From the NCBI RefSeq assembly GCF_000237865.1, contig NC_017459.1, positions 2,430,001 to 2,462,000 of the forward strand: a stretch of DNA of 32,000 nt, written 5' to 3'. Every line of letters begins with the position of its first letter. Positions within the stretch are counted from its first letter, which is position 1. Below the pieces are notes generated by a model. The model saw only the letters and a list, made by a program, of their open reading frames with translations, made no database searches and was not told where the DNA came from. This stretch comes from Haloquadratum walsbyi C23 (GTDB taxonomy: Archaea; Halobacteriota; Halobacteria; Halobacteriales; Haloferacaceae). The translations under genes and the position numbers were made by a program. Shown piece by piece: positions 9,725 through 18,934 of the stretch.

Positions 9725-11317
9725 ATGAAGAGGAAAGCACTTAATCTTGCTTCAACACTTAGTGTATCACAGCCGTTGATATCTTTATATGATAATTTTG
9801 TCAATCAAATCACTCCCAAATTAAACGTATGTGATGAAATTAGTTCGTTTGAGTTAAGAAATAAAGAACGTGAGGGATATATACTCTTAACTCTAATACC
9901 AGGAATAAAGCCAACTGGGATATTTACGCTAGCTACTGCATTTAAACTAAAGGGATATCAGCCAATCATTTTGTATAATAATGGAATGTTACCCATTAAG
10001 CCAAGCACTCGGTATTATACTAACTCCCAGGCCGCTCTAGATATACAACGTTACAGAATAAATTTATTTGAGAAGAATTTTCGAATTTCCCCTATTAGTA
10101 TCAACGATATACTTGATGAAAATTATGATTGTGATTTGGATGGATCCATATCTACTATTGATTCATTTAATTATAATGGTATTGATTTGTCACCTTATGC
10201 AGTTGCCTCTACACGGAAGTATCTACAGAAGTATACACTTAATAACGATGAAGATCGTGTTATGGATCCATATCGTAAATTTATCAAAGCCGGGGCTATA
10301 ATGTTAGATTCGACTCAATGGCTTGTAAATAAATTTGATATAGAAGCTGCTCTTCTTGTTGAACCAGCCTATGTTCACGGTGGTATTCCTGCGAAAATTT
10401 GTTCAAAGAATGGTATAAATGCATACACACGTGGTGGTGGATACCAGTTTGGGAAAGTCAGTTTTGGGCGAGCTTCTAATAGAAATCCGTTCCCGAATTT
10501 TGCTAATGAAGAGACTGTACTTTCTGCAATTAATACGGGATTGTCATCACTGCAAAAAAATCGAGTGCAGGAAGTCATGAAACGAAGAGAGACTGGTGAG
10601 ATTGTGAGCACATATTATACTACCGAAAATAAAGTATCTGTAGATAGCTCAAAAGATCATATTGTTGGTATTTTTTCACACTTGTTGTGGGATGGGGCAT
10701 TAGCACCTAAGCAGTCCATTTATCGGAATATATTTGATTGGTTAAGCGATATAATTAATATTGGCGCACAAAATAAAAATACACACTTTGTAATAAAATC
10801 ACATCCCGCAGAGCTAATAAAAGGCACTGACCAAAGTGTTGGTGACTGGATTGAGCAGACATATGATACCTTACCTTCCAATTTTACATTTCTCCCGCCG
10901 GACACTGACGTAAATACGTATTCATTAATCCGCGATCTCGATGCAGGTATTGTGTATGCTTCAACAGTTGGATTAGAGATGGCATATCACGGAGTTCCTG
11001 TTATTACTGGTGGATATCCACCATATCATGGATTTGGGGTAACACATGATCCAAAAAACCAAGCAGAATTTAAAACTATGGTCAAAAACATCAAAAGTTT
11101 AGATTGTAATAAGAATATGAAAAAGAAGGCAAAGAGACTTGCCTACCTATTATTTGTTTCAAAGTGTTTTGATTATCCATACTCATCAATTGAATCTGGT
11201 CAACATATATATATTACACAAGAAAGAATACTTTCAAATGACGCGATAAATAACATAGTTAATAGGATATTAAATGGGAAAGAAGTGATTAAACCGCACT
11301 GGCAGCATTCGAAATAA
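9725..11317 (+). CDS. Capsule-polysaccharide-biosynthesis-like protein (KpsC/KpsS-type GT-B fold), putative
   Basis: Long ORF in extremely AT-rich DNA. I prefer the ATG at 9725 (MKRKALNLAS) because the listed TTG start at 9638 lies inside the IS. TTTTTATATA at 9691-9700 sits about 25-34 nt upstream. HFVIKSHPAE and VYASTVGLEMAYHGVPVITGG parallel the motifs in ORF 5994-7367. Confidence 0.65.
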   Translation: MKRKALNLASTLSVSQPLISLYDNFVNQITPKLNVCDEISSFELRNKEREGYILLTLIPGIKPTGIFTLATAFKLKGYQPIILYNNGMLPIKPSTRYYTNSQAALDIQRYRINLFEKNFRISPISINDILDENYDCDLDGSISTIDSFNYNGIDLSPYAVASTRKYLQKYTLNNDEDRVMDPYRKFIKAGAIMLDSTQWLVNKFDIEAALLVEPAYVHGGIPAKICSKNGINAYTRGGGYQFGKVSFGRASNRNPFPNFANEETVLSAINTGLSSLQKNRVQEVMKRRETGEIVSTYYTTENKVSVDSSKDHIVGIFSHLLWDGALAPKQSIYRNIFDWLSDIINIGAQNKNTHFVIKSHPAELIKGTDQSVGDWIEQTYDTLPSNFTFLPPDTDVNTYSLIRDLDAGIVYASTVGLEMAYHGVPVITGGYPPYHGFGVTHDPKNQAEFKTMVKNIKSLDCNKNMKKKAKRLAYLLFVSKCFDYPYSSIESGQHIYITQERILSNDAINNIVNRILNGKEVIKPHWQHSK

Positions 11318-11788
11318 GATAGTTTCAGAATAGATGTCATTATATGACCACGGTCACTGCCATTGTCTAAACCCTCACTGATTTGACCCGTTTTCTGGAA
11401 AGACAGTTTAATCGCTTGACGGTCAACACTTAATCATATTATCACCCTAAGCAGTAATGCAGATGACGTGACCAGCGTCTATCGAACCACAAGGATACTG
11501 ACTACGCAAGTAATATTTCACAGTGAACGTTTCTTCTCGTCAGTCTCGACAGTATCCCCCGCCATGCAATCCCTATTTTCAGACGTATTGAAAATTAGCT
11601 CACCAGACTCCTCCAGTATTAGATGCACTATATCCTGAAAGACCGACAGTCCATTGATAAAAGTAGCAGCCGTATTTCTTGGTTACAATTTCGGTCTCAC
11701 GCGCCGCAATGCCGTATGGTATGTTTAGATCTGGTTGTATAGCGGCTTTGTCTTCGTGACTAACTGCTCATGTCGCGAGTCACCCAAC

Positions 11789-13210
11789 TCATTGAATCCC
11801 AGTAACCGTCGGTCGAATCGTCGTCACCCCAAGATCAATCGTCACTTGCTCACCCTGTCGTACTGGTTGTCCTTTCACACGAACGCCGTCAGTCGTCTGT
11901 CGAACCTGGACTCGCGCCGTAATTGTCACATCGCGGTTCGTCGGATGATCAAACACACCGAGGGATCCATCATCACCACGAATGAGAATTGTCGATGGAC
12001 GACGATTGACATCTGTCACTTGGACAATCGTATCTTCACCACTTCGCTCAGTAAGACCTGGCTGGATACTACTCGCTCGTCCTTCGCGAACTCCTGCAAG
12101 ACGGAATGTCATTGTTCGGGTTGTCACCCGTCCGCGCTGTTCGAGTGCTCCGGTGCGTTGAATTTGCCCAACGAGCCGGTATGCATCCGTTTGAACGGAA
12201 ACATTGTTTCCGCGTTGCACAGTCATCTCCCCGAACTGTGGACGATCAGTATGTTGGACTGTGGTTAGTGAAAGTCCCATGAACACACGCTTGCGGTCAG
12301 GATTATTCGTATCATAGACAGTAACACGTTCGACAGCAGCAGTTCGGTATCCTGCCACAGATGAAATATCACCAGGGGTGATTTGTTTGGTATCCGTTGC
12401 ATCGATAACATTCGTAATGAGCACATTGCGTGTTGCACGGTCAAGTCCACCACCAACGCGCTCAACCGTTCCACTCAACGTGTACTCATCACCTGGGAGC
12501 GTGATTGACGCCCCATTTGTCAATATGCTTCCCCCAAATCGGAGTTCACCCTGTCGTTGTGTTGCCGAGACATTGAGTTGCGCATACACTTGATGCGCAT
12601 TTGGATCATCAGTCGCGTATACCGCAAGATCCTCAACAGTGCCAGTCGTTCGTCCAGCAACACGAATTGCATCACCGACAGCAATCGCCTGTGCGGCGCT
12701 GCGAGAGAGTCGATCAGAGACAACGACCGTTGCCGGATCCTGTGAGATAGTCTGAGCATCCCCGAGTGCTCGGATGCGTCCGTCGACGCGATACTCGCCA
12801 GTGACAATCTCAAGCGTTCGCCCAAGCCGCGGTGGAGCACCATCATATGAGATGCCGTCGTATTGATCACTCAACTGTCCAGTAAGTGCCACGCGAGCAA
12901 GTACCCGCGGGCGTCCATCTCCATTCGGCGTGACATACAGATCGGATATCGTGAGTGAGTTCGAATCTGTCACCTCGTATGTGTCGCCCTCATTGATGAC
13001 TGTTGCAATCGTTGATGATTGAGTTCCTAAATCAAGTGTTGCATAGACAGTGTCTGTCTCGGGTTCGGGTTCGGGTGCTGGCTCATCACTTTGCCCAAAC
13101 ACGAGTGCAACGCCGGCGACAGTAACTGCGAGCACAAGAAGCACAACAAGCGCATCAATAATATTGACTGCACCGAAGAGTCGTCCCTCGTCGTCGATTA
13201 TATCCACCAC
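11789..13210 (-). CDS. DUF4330-type membrane-anchored protein
   Basis: N-terminus MVDIIDDEGRLFGAVNIIDALVVLLVLAVTVAGVALVF is the DUF4330 signature (IDxxGRLFGxxNIID plus a TM helix). It is followed by a PEPEPE linker and a long beta-rich Thr/Val/Gly ectodomain. Confidence 0.8.
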   Translation of the reverse strand: MVDIIDDEGRLFGAVNIIDALVVLLVLAVTVAGVALVFGQSDEPAPEPEPETDTVYATLDLGTQSSTIATVINEGDTYEVTDSNSLTISDLYVTPNGDGRPRVLARVALTGQLSDQYDGISYDGAPPRLGRTLEIVTGEYRVDGRIRALGDAQTISQDPATVVVSDRLSRSAAQAIAVGDAIRVAGRTTGTVEDLAVYATDDPNAHQVYAQLNVSATQRQGELRFGGSILTNGASITLPGDEYTLSGTVERVGGGLDRATRNVLITNVIDATDTKQITPGDISSVAGYRTAAVERVTVYDTNNPDRKRVFMGLSLTTVQHTDRPQFGEMTVQRGNNVSVQTDAYRLVGQIQRTGALEQRGRVTTRTMTFRLAGVREGRASSIQPGLTERSGEDTIVQVTDVNRRPSTILIRGDDGSLGVFDHPTNRDVTITARVQVRQTTDGVRVKGQPVRQGEQVTIDLGVTTIRPTVTGIQ

Positions 13211-13637
13211 AGATCACCAGAGTACTGCATCAGATGGCATATTTTCCTATGGCGTGAAAATCATTTCGTCATCGATGTTATCTAATTTCTATCTCTATGT
13301 TCACACAATCACACAATCAGTAATCGTGATATGATCCTCAGAATTATCGAGGTAAGTTAGAAAATGATTATATCAGTATTTTGCACAGGCACGACTCGTC
13401 AGAGCCTATTCGATTATTAACTATGTATATCGATACACGACATACAATCTATGCCGACCAAACTCATGGATATAAAACGTATACATCGAGTAATTTATGA
13501 CTAATTCAATGAATCATGACCGCCGCATATATATTGATTCTATCATATGTATAATTTAACTATCATACATCCGCAAATCAAAGATATGAGTGACACGAGC
13601 ATTGTGAGTATCTTCGATTGTATTGATTTATACTGGT

Positions 13638-14132
13638 ATGTCTGCGACTGATAACGATACGAGCGAATCACTGCGCGCTCGTTTGGAGACAACCGTCCAG
13701 CGTTCACAACTGGTGAGTGCGCTTACTCAGACATCCGAGAGTACAGTTGTCTCTGCTTTCCGTCGTGGTGGTCAGTGGATTGCTGATGCGACAATACACT
13801 CGTTTCTATATCGGTGGCTCACAAAAGAGCCAGAGCCTGAAGTCATTGTCATTGACTTGCGCGAGACATGGACAGTTGGACCGTTCATTACACTTCTTGA
13901 TGCATTCATTGCGTGGGTGCTTCCATTGTGGCGTGAGTCACAACTTGCACAACTCACTGGATCAATCGTGAGTATCGGTGAGGATCTTGCAGAGACGCGA
14001 TATGGACAACTTCTCGTTCAATTACTCGAACCGCCTGAGCCACCAACAGATCGGGATGATGATACCGAGTCAGACCAGACGGAAGCCACAGATGAGGATG
14101 CGTCATCGCATACGACAGAGCGGAATTCATAG
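13638..14132 (+). CDS. Hypothetical protein with an acidic C-terminal tail
   Basis: ORF with haloarchaeal acidic composition and one hydrophobic stretch (WTVGPFITLLDAFIAWVLPLW). The ATG at 13638 is preferred over the listed TTG at 13623. I recognised no family. Confidence 0.5.
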   Translation: MSATDNDTSESLRARLETTVQRSQLVSALTQTSESTVVSAFRRGGQWIADATIHSFLYRWLTKEPEPEVIVIDLRETWTVGPFITLLDAFIAWVLPLWRESQLAQLTGSIVSIGEDLAETRYGQLLVQLLEPPEPPTDRDDDTESDQTEATDEDASSHTTERNS

Positions 14133-14690
14133 TGTCAGATGAGGCTTCTGTCGACACTGCGCCCCTCATTGACGATTACACTGAATCCGAGCAGGACTAT
14201 TAGTTGGACTGATAACGCTCTGTCCGAGTAGACAACATCTTTATACGTCAGTTTCACCGTGCGAACCGACCACTTGTTGCAATCAGCTATCGGAGCGTAA
14301 TCACGACTCTCGTGGCATATTCGATTTCAGGACATGCACATGCATTCCTCACTCGGACAGGCATCACTCAATGGTCAAAATACTGGTATTCCTGATACTT
14401 GCTTGTGACTGAGAGCGTCCGAGAGAGCATACTCAGGAGTCAATTAACTAGATTCGAGAACTTGAGCGGCAGTCGTAATATGATAAGTTACTGAAAGCAA
14501 ACAATCAATATCGAATAATAACGAGAACTAAAATCAGTGGTGTTATGCAACGATTGCCCCATATCGATATTCAAGACGATATCATACCGACTCTGGTAGT
14601 TCATTAGACCAAATTCATAACACCGACCTGATCAATCAAACTCGCAGACACACAAACCAATATTCAATTTAATTTTATGACCGATCTATA

Positions 14691-15494
14691 ATGGCGGAGT
14701 CAGTCATTGTCGCAATCATTCTCGGTGCACTACAGGGTCTCTTTGAGTGGCTCCCAATATCCAGTGAGGGGAATATCACCGTCATTCTCGCTGCACTTGG
14801 AAGAAAACCAGGCGATGCCGTTACCCTCGCGTTATTCTTGCATCTTGGAACAGCCGTCTCGGCGACTGCATACTACCGAACGACGATTTATGAATTAATC
14901 GACGCAGGAATAACCCAACTCCGCGGCGGCGAGAGTGATGCACCACTCGTGTTTTATATAGTTGCAACAGGTGTTTCAGGAGTTGTCGGCATCGGGAGTT
15001 ACGCTATCCTACAAGAAATTGTCTCAGCACTCACTGGTGGTGCCGTCGTCATTGCGATTGGTGCATTACTGATTATAATGGGCGGATTTCAGCGTGTGTC
15101 TCCTGGAGGAGAGGTCGTCGCATCACCGGATCCGAGCATTATTGATGCAATCCTAGTCGGGGCAGCACAAGGGATTGCGATCCTCCCCGGAATCACACGC
15201 TCAGGGATGACGACTGGAACGCTATTATTACGTGGGTATGACGGGAGTGATGCATTCCGACTCTCGTTCGTGTTATCGATTCCTGCAGCAATCGGTGGAG
15301 GGGTTCTCGCCGCAGTCGACTCCGGATTACAGGGACTCACACCGACGGCTGCGATTGCCGCATTCATCACAGCAGCGATTGTTGGGTATGTCAGTATTGA
15401 TGTGCTCTTACGAATCGTTGAGCGAGTCGCATTTTGGGCTGTCTGCATCGGACTTGGGACAGCAGCGATTGTTGGTGGAGTTTTGGTAATCTGA
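14691..15494 (+). CDS. uppP: Undecaprenyl-diphosphatase (BacA/UppP)
   Basis: 267-aa polytopic membrane protein with the two UppP signature motifs: FEWLPISSEGN near the N-terminus and ILPGITRSGMT in the middle. Confidence 0.92.
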   Translation: MAESVIVAIILGALQGLFEWLPISSEGNITVILAALGRKPGDAVTLALFLHLGTAVSATAYYRTTIYELIDAGITQLRGGESDAPLVFYIVATGVSGVVGIGSYAILQEIVSALTGGAVVIAIGALLIIMGGFQRVSPGGEVVASPDPSIIDAILVGAAQGIAILPGITRSGMTTGTLLLRGYDGSDAFRLSFVLSIPAAIGGGVLAAVDSGLQGLTPTAAIAAFITAAIVGYVSIDVLLRIVERVAFWAVCIGLGTAAIVGGVLVI

Positions 15495-15784
15495 GACGTT
15501 TAGTCACAGCAGGGATAGAGCATCGATTTCAGACGCTTCTTGAACAGTACTGTATTAAACCGAAATCTTGTGAAAGCTCATGTTCGCCAGTGTGAGGATT
15601 CATTGCTCAATTACGATGAATTGACATTTATTTTATCATGGAAGGCAAGCACTGCATGGCGCATATGGGATACAATAAGTCTATATCCACTCCAGTTAAT
15701 CGGTTCAGGCATACAACAATACACCGGACAGTATTAGCTATTTCAAGCAGATATCCTGATATCTCACCCGAACTGATTAGCAAC
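15260..15784 (+). repeat. Long direct repeat, copy 1: uppP 3' end, downstream intergenic region and the last codons of a convergent gene
   Basis: Aligns by eye with 24609-25132. I counted 7 mismatches in the 235-nt uppP-coding part. The intergenic part is more diverged but colinear to ...CTCACCCGAACTGATTAGCAAC. Confidence 0.9.
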
Positions 15785-16327
15785 ACGAACCGCAGCAGCG
15801 TGGCTATCGTCAGGATCGAAATCATAGAGCGAGAGCGCCGCCTGTGCAATCTCAAGATTTTCTTCGATCTGTTGCCAGCGGGTGATATCTCGCCAGCCAT
15901 CGTCGCCGGGTTCCAGCTCAAGAGTGAGTTCGTCGACGGTAGCAACATCGTATTGCTTTTGGAAATTATTGAGTTCAGTCTTGAGATCTCGAATTGTGTT
16001 CCGGATTTCAGTTTTTGTATGTTCACGATGAATCGCTGCGATGCGCTTCATTGCCAGCATTTGTGGAGCACGCATATACCGCGTTTCGGACTCTGTGTTG
16101 ATTACTTTGACACAACCAGTCTCCGCTAGTATAGAGAGATATTTTCGCGCAGTCGACTCGCTCACATGCGCTCGTTCAGCTATCGCACTGACTGCCTGCG
16201 GTTCAGTCGTGACATCACTGACATGGCGAACACGGTCGAACGTACTTGTATCCACCTTCCACTGTTCAATCGCAGCCTCGTTCACGTCACCCTCCCACAG
16301 TTCGGAGCAAATATCGGCTGTTGTCAT
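15764..16327 (-). CDS. Winged-helix DNA-binding protein, paralog of 17067-17585
   Basis: 187 aa. The N-terminal region WKVDTSTFDRVRHVSDVTTEPQAVSAIAERAHVSESTARKYLSILAETGCV parallels WKEQTTAFDRIQSVASAVSQPQPVSHIAAEAHVAENTARNHLTRLVELNVL. The last 6 codons (ANQFG, stop) lie inside the long direct repeat. Confidence 0.75.
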   Translation of the reverse strand: MTTADICSELWEGDVNEAAIEQWKVDTSTFDRVRHVSDVTTEPQAVSAIAERAHVSESTARKYLSILAETGCVKVINTESETRYMRAPQMLAMKRIAAIHREHTKTEIRNTIRDLKTELNNFQKQYDVATVDELTLELEPGDDGWRDITRWQQIEENLEIAQAALSLYDFDPDDSHAAAVRVANQFG

Positions 16328-16426
16328 GTATATTTGGAACTATTGCCTCGAGTAATAAAATACGCTCTCAGAAATGACTAATATTTGTCGTCCTCGTTAA
16401 ATCATACTCGCTGTTCACTACTGTAT

Positions 16427-16756
16427 CTAGTATGGAGCACCGGGTCTCGTCCCTCGAAACCCGATTGCGGCGACAAGGGTGTCAGCCGTCTCTTCGGTAG
16501 TCACTTCCTCACGATCAAGTATTCTAATTGCGCCCTTAGATATCCTCACACCGAATCCGAATTCTCGTGAGGCGATGTGTTGAACGAGATCGACACACGC
16601 CTGAATCGCGTCTTCGAACATCCGTTCGACGGCACGCTGCTCCGTTATACTCGAGAGGAATTCTTGCCGGGGCAGTGTCTCTCGTTTTGTTTTGAGTTCA
16701 TTGTAATATTGCTCAATCTGCTCGAGTGTAAGGCACATAACTCGTTCGTCAACCAC
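16427..16756 (-). CDS. HEPN-type (DUF86-like) toxin partner of an MNT; probably degenerate at the C-terminus
   Basis: The GTG start overlaps the stop of the upstream MNT remnant. The body (AVERMFEDAIQACVDLVQHIAS) is HEPN-like. The expected R-x4-H motif (RDPVLH) is present only in the +1 frame just before the stop. Confidence 0.55.
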   Translation of the reverse strand: MVDERVMCLTLEQIEQYYNELKTKRETLPRQEFLSSITEQRAVERMFEDAIQACVDLVQHIASREFGFGVRISKGAIRILDREEVTTEETADTLVAAIGFRGTRPGAPY

Positions 16757-16848
16757 GTAATCCGTCCTCTGCTATCCGATCGATGACCGTACGCTGGTGC
16801 TGGCGAATCGTCTCACGTTGATCGTCAAATTCCGCCTCAATGTTGGAC
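16749..16848 (-). pseudogene. 3' remnant of a minimal nucleotidyltransferase (MNT) gene
   Basis: Encodes ...NIEAEFDDQRETIRQHQRTVIDRIAEDGLRG, stop. This parallels the C-terminus of the intact MNT at 28660-29091 (TEAEFDEQRETLRRHQRAIIDRIAEDGLRG). Homology stops near 16848. Confidence 0.7.
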
Positions 16849-17066
16849 GGCTCCCATTGAACAGGTCACGCGAAAGCGTGGTTGAACCGAGAGGAAACAC
16901 GGAAGCTCAAACTCCCCCTCGAGGGATCCTCACGCTCTCGCGCGGGAAGGATGTCAATCGGGAGCCTGTGCTGGTTTCATCTTAGGATAACGCCTCGCCC
17001 GAAATCATTGCTTCACATATTCTATTTGGAGATAGTTTTATTATTTTTGTCTTACTACATTATAAT

Positions 17067-17585
17067 ATGACTGACTCTGCTGGTGTTGAAGCCTGGAAAG
17101 AGCAGACAACTGCGTTTGACCGCATCCAGTCAGTTGCCAGTGCTGTCTCTCAGCCACAGCCTGTCTCTCACATTGCGGCTGAGGCTCATGTTGCCGAAAA
17201 TACAGCCCGAAATCATCTTACGCGACTTGTTGAATTGAACGTGCTGTTGAGGAGCGATCAGGATGGGACAGCTCTATACGCCCCTGATCCGCTCCACACC
17301 CGAATGCAGATGCTTCGAGACTTACTCGACGAACATGATCGTGATGGGCTCATTCAATTGAAGACTTCCTTGCAATCCCAGATTGAAGATTGGCAGGAAC
17401 AGTATAATACAGAATCACCAAGCGAGCTTCGCAACCGTGCAGCAGAGACAAAGACGGCTGCTCAGACACGCGAAATGCGGAACATAGCAAGCGATTGGGA
17501 ACTCATATTGTATCGCCTTTCTATCGTTGAGGATGCAATCGAGAATTACAATACATACAGCAAGGACTTCCAACTGTCAGCCTGA
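17067..17585 (+). CDS. Winged-helix DNA-binding protein with a coiled-coil C-terminal half
   Basis: 172 aa. wHTH region as above. An AT-rich box lies about 25 nt upstream of the ATG. Followed after 2 nt by the next ORF. Confidence 0.75.
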   Translation: MTDSAGVEAWKEQTTAFDRIQSVASAVSQPQPVSHIAAEAHVAENTARNHLTRLVELNVLLRSDQDGTALYAPDPLHTRMQMLRDLLDEHDRDGLIQLKTSLQSQIEDWQEQYNTESPSELRNRAAETKTAAQTREMRNIASDWELILYRLSIVEDAIENYNTYSKDFQLSA

Positions 17586-17650
17586 CTATGGCTGGATCGT
17601 CTGATTCATTTGATTCAGCAGCAGCGTCCCATCGCGCCCTTCGCAGTATC
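17460..17650 (+). repeat. Direct repeat copy 1 (about 190 bp): 3' end of the wHTH gene plus 5' end of the 142-aa gene
   Basis: Colinear with 22677-22868, with about ten mismatches by hand alignment. Confidence 0.88.
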
Positions 17651-18016
17651 AAACAAGAACTTGACCGACATCCAATCGTTACAGGGACCCGTGGGTTTCC
17701 CGCTGGCGATTTTGTAAAAGTGGTTGCAGATCTAGCTACAGAGCGGTGGGGGATTGACACTGATAACCCAAAGCTCACTGCTCGATGGTTTGCCGGAGAG
17801 AGGCAGGATGCTAGACCAGAGTTTTCGTTTCATTATAGCGATACTGAACGAGATTTTGGGTGGCATTATCATGAGCAAGAACACGTGGAGGGCTGGGGTC
17901 ATTTCCAAGAGCGGACAGGGGAGTCTGCGTATTCGTATGAAAGCTATACGTTTCCATCACAGAATCCTGCTGGACTCGTCTGGGATGTAATGTCCAACCT
18001 CTCTTCGAGAGTTTGA
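17588..18016 (+). CDS. Hypothetical His/Trp-rich protein; operon partner of the wHTH protein
   Basis: 142 aa, 2-nt gap from the upstream gene. The C-terminal half reads FSFHYSDTERDFGWHYHEQEHVEGWGHFQER. It loosely resembles His-rich cores of DUF6516/TumE-like toxins; this is not verified. Confidence 0.6.
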   Translation: MAGSSDSFDSAAASHRALRSIKQELDRHPIVTGTRGFPAGDFVKVVADLATERWGIDTDNPKLTARWFAGERQDARPEFSFHYSDTERDFGWHYHEQEHVEGWGHFQERTGESAYSYESYTFPSQNPAGLVWDVMSNLSSRV

Positions 18017-18709
18017 GCGGGCGATTACAGAATACTAGGAGAAAATCCTCCGTTTAAGCGCCAGAATGAATCCATTAACCGATAGCGAGTGTGAGTCTGG
18101 TCGGTTCAGTTCATCTGAGTTTGCCCGTATTGTTTGGTGATGGTCTTCCCCACCGACGTGATGAGGGGTTTCTCCTCAGTTGGCCTTCGACCAGCGACCA
18201 TGGTGGCTAACGGGTGTGTGCATATGACCATTCAAACAAGTGTTCGACGACTGGATCCATCGATTCAGGTCGTGAACCGATCCCCTGTTCGGCGCGTGAC
18301 CCGAATCGCCTCTTTATATCGACCGATTTCCTCACATACCATTGCCCACTCTGAAATTGTCTCCAGTTGGGCTTCTATCTCGGCGTGTGTTGCCTCAGAC
18401 GGCAGATTAAAACCGGAAAGTGTCCCGGCATTGAATTGTTCTTGATATTGATCGTGTATTATTTCGAGACTCCCGAGTTCATTGATGAGCTCCTCAAGAC
18501 TGTGTGAGACGGCATGTTCATTTGCTCGTCGCCAGCGAAGATACGCTTCGTTCCGTGCTCTCCGGCAGTTTTGACAGCTGCTTGTCCGCCCGCTGGCGCA
18601 TAACGTACCGGTGCTCGTCGCCGCTTTCCGACATACAATCCCAACAGTAACGACAAAACGGATATAAAACTAACTACCGGTATACAGCGGAGAGAATCAG
18701 AGTTCAGAG

Positions 18710-18868
18710 TTAGCGGTTCTGATTGTGTTCGTCGAATGTGACGTAGTCGCCGTCGAGGAGGTCCTCGACGCGGGCATCGAGTTCGCGGCGATCCACATCC
18801 TCCTCGTCGGTCTCGACTGCATCAGCAGTCTCGTGAGAAGTCTGACCGTCGCGGACATGATCGCTCAT
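18710..18868 (-). CDS. Possible small acidic protein (52 aa), below the ORF-track cutoff
   Basis: ATG at 18866-18868. MSDHVRDGQTSHETADAVETDEEDVDRRELDARVEDLLDGDYVTFDEHNQNR has haloarchaeal composition. The opposite-strand listed ORF (18725-18934) looks like a shadow. No family recognised. Confidence 0.35.
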   Translation of the reverse strand: MSDHVRDGQTSHETADAVETDEEDVDRRELDARVEDLLDGDYVTFDEHNQNR

Positions 18869-18934
18869 ACGCATAGAAGGAGCCGCAGCTTACTAAAGGC
18901 TTTTCGCCGCAGCCTCGGGAGAACGTCATATTAA

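Noticed and set aside
11735-12268. 177-aa plus-strand ORF, and other listed ORFs within 11.8-13.2 kb
   Set aside because: They are antisense to the well-supported DUF4330 gene, are Cys/Arg/Ser-rich and have no recognisable motifs. These are typical shadow ORFs.
15089-15448. 119-aa minus-strand ORF, and the N-terminal part of ORF 24243-24797
   Set aside because: Both are antisense shadows of the uppP coding sequence, present in both repeat copies. Only the part of 24243-24797 below 24609 looks like a genuine gene fragment.
15495-15763. Search for a tRNA or other classical att target next to the repeat edges and the integrase
   Set aside because: I could find no cloverleaf-compatible sequence and no conserved T-arm (GGTTCRAATCC-like) at 15.2-15.8 kb, 24.6-25.2 kb or elsewhere in the window. 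The repeats are far longer than typical att cores, so homologous rather than site-specific recombination is favoured.
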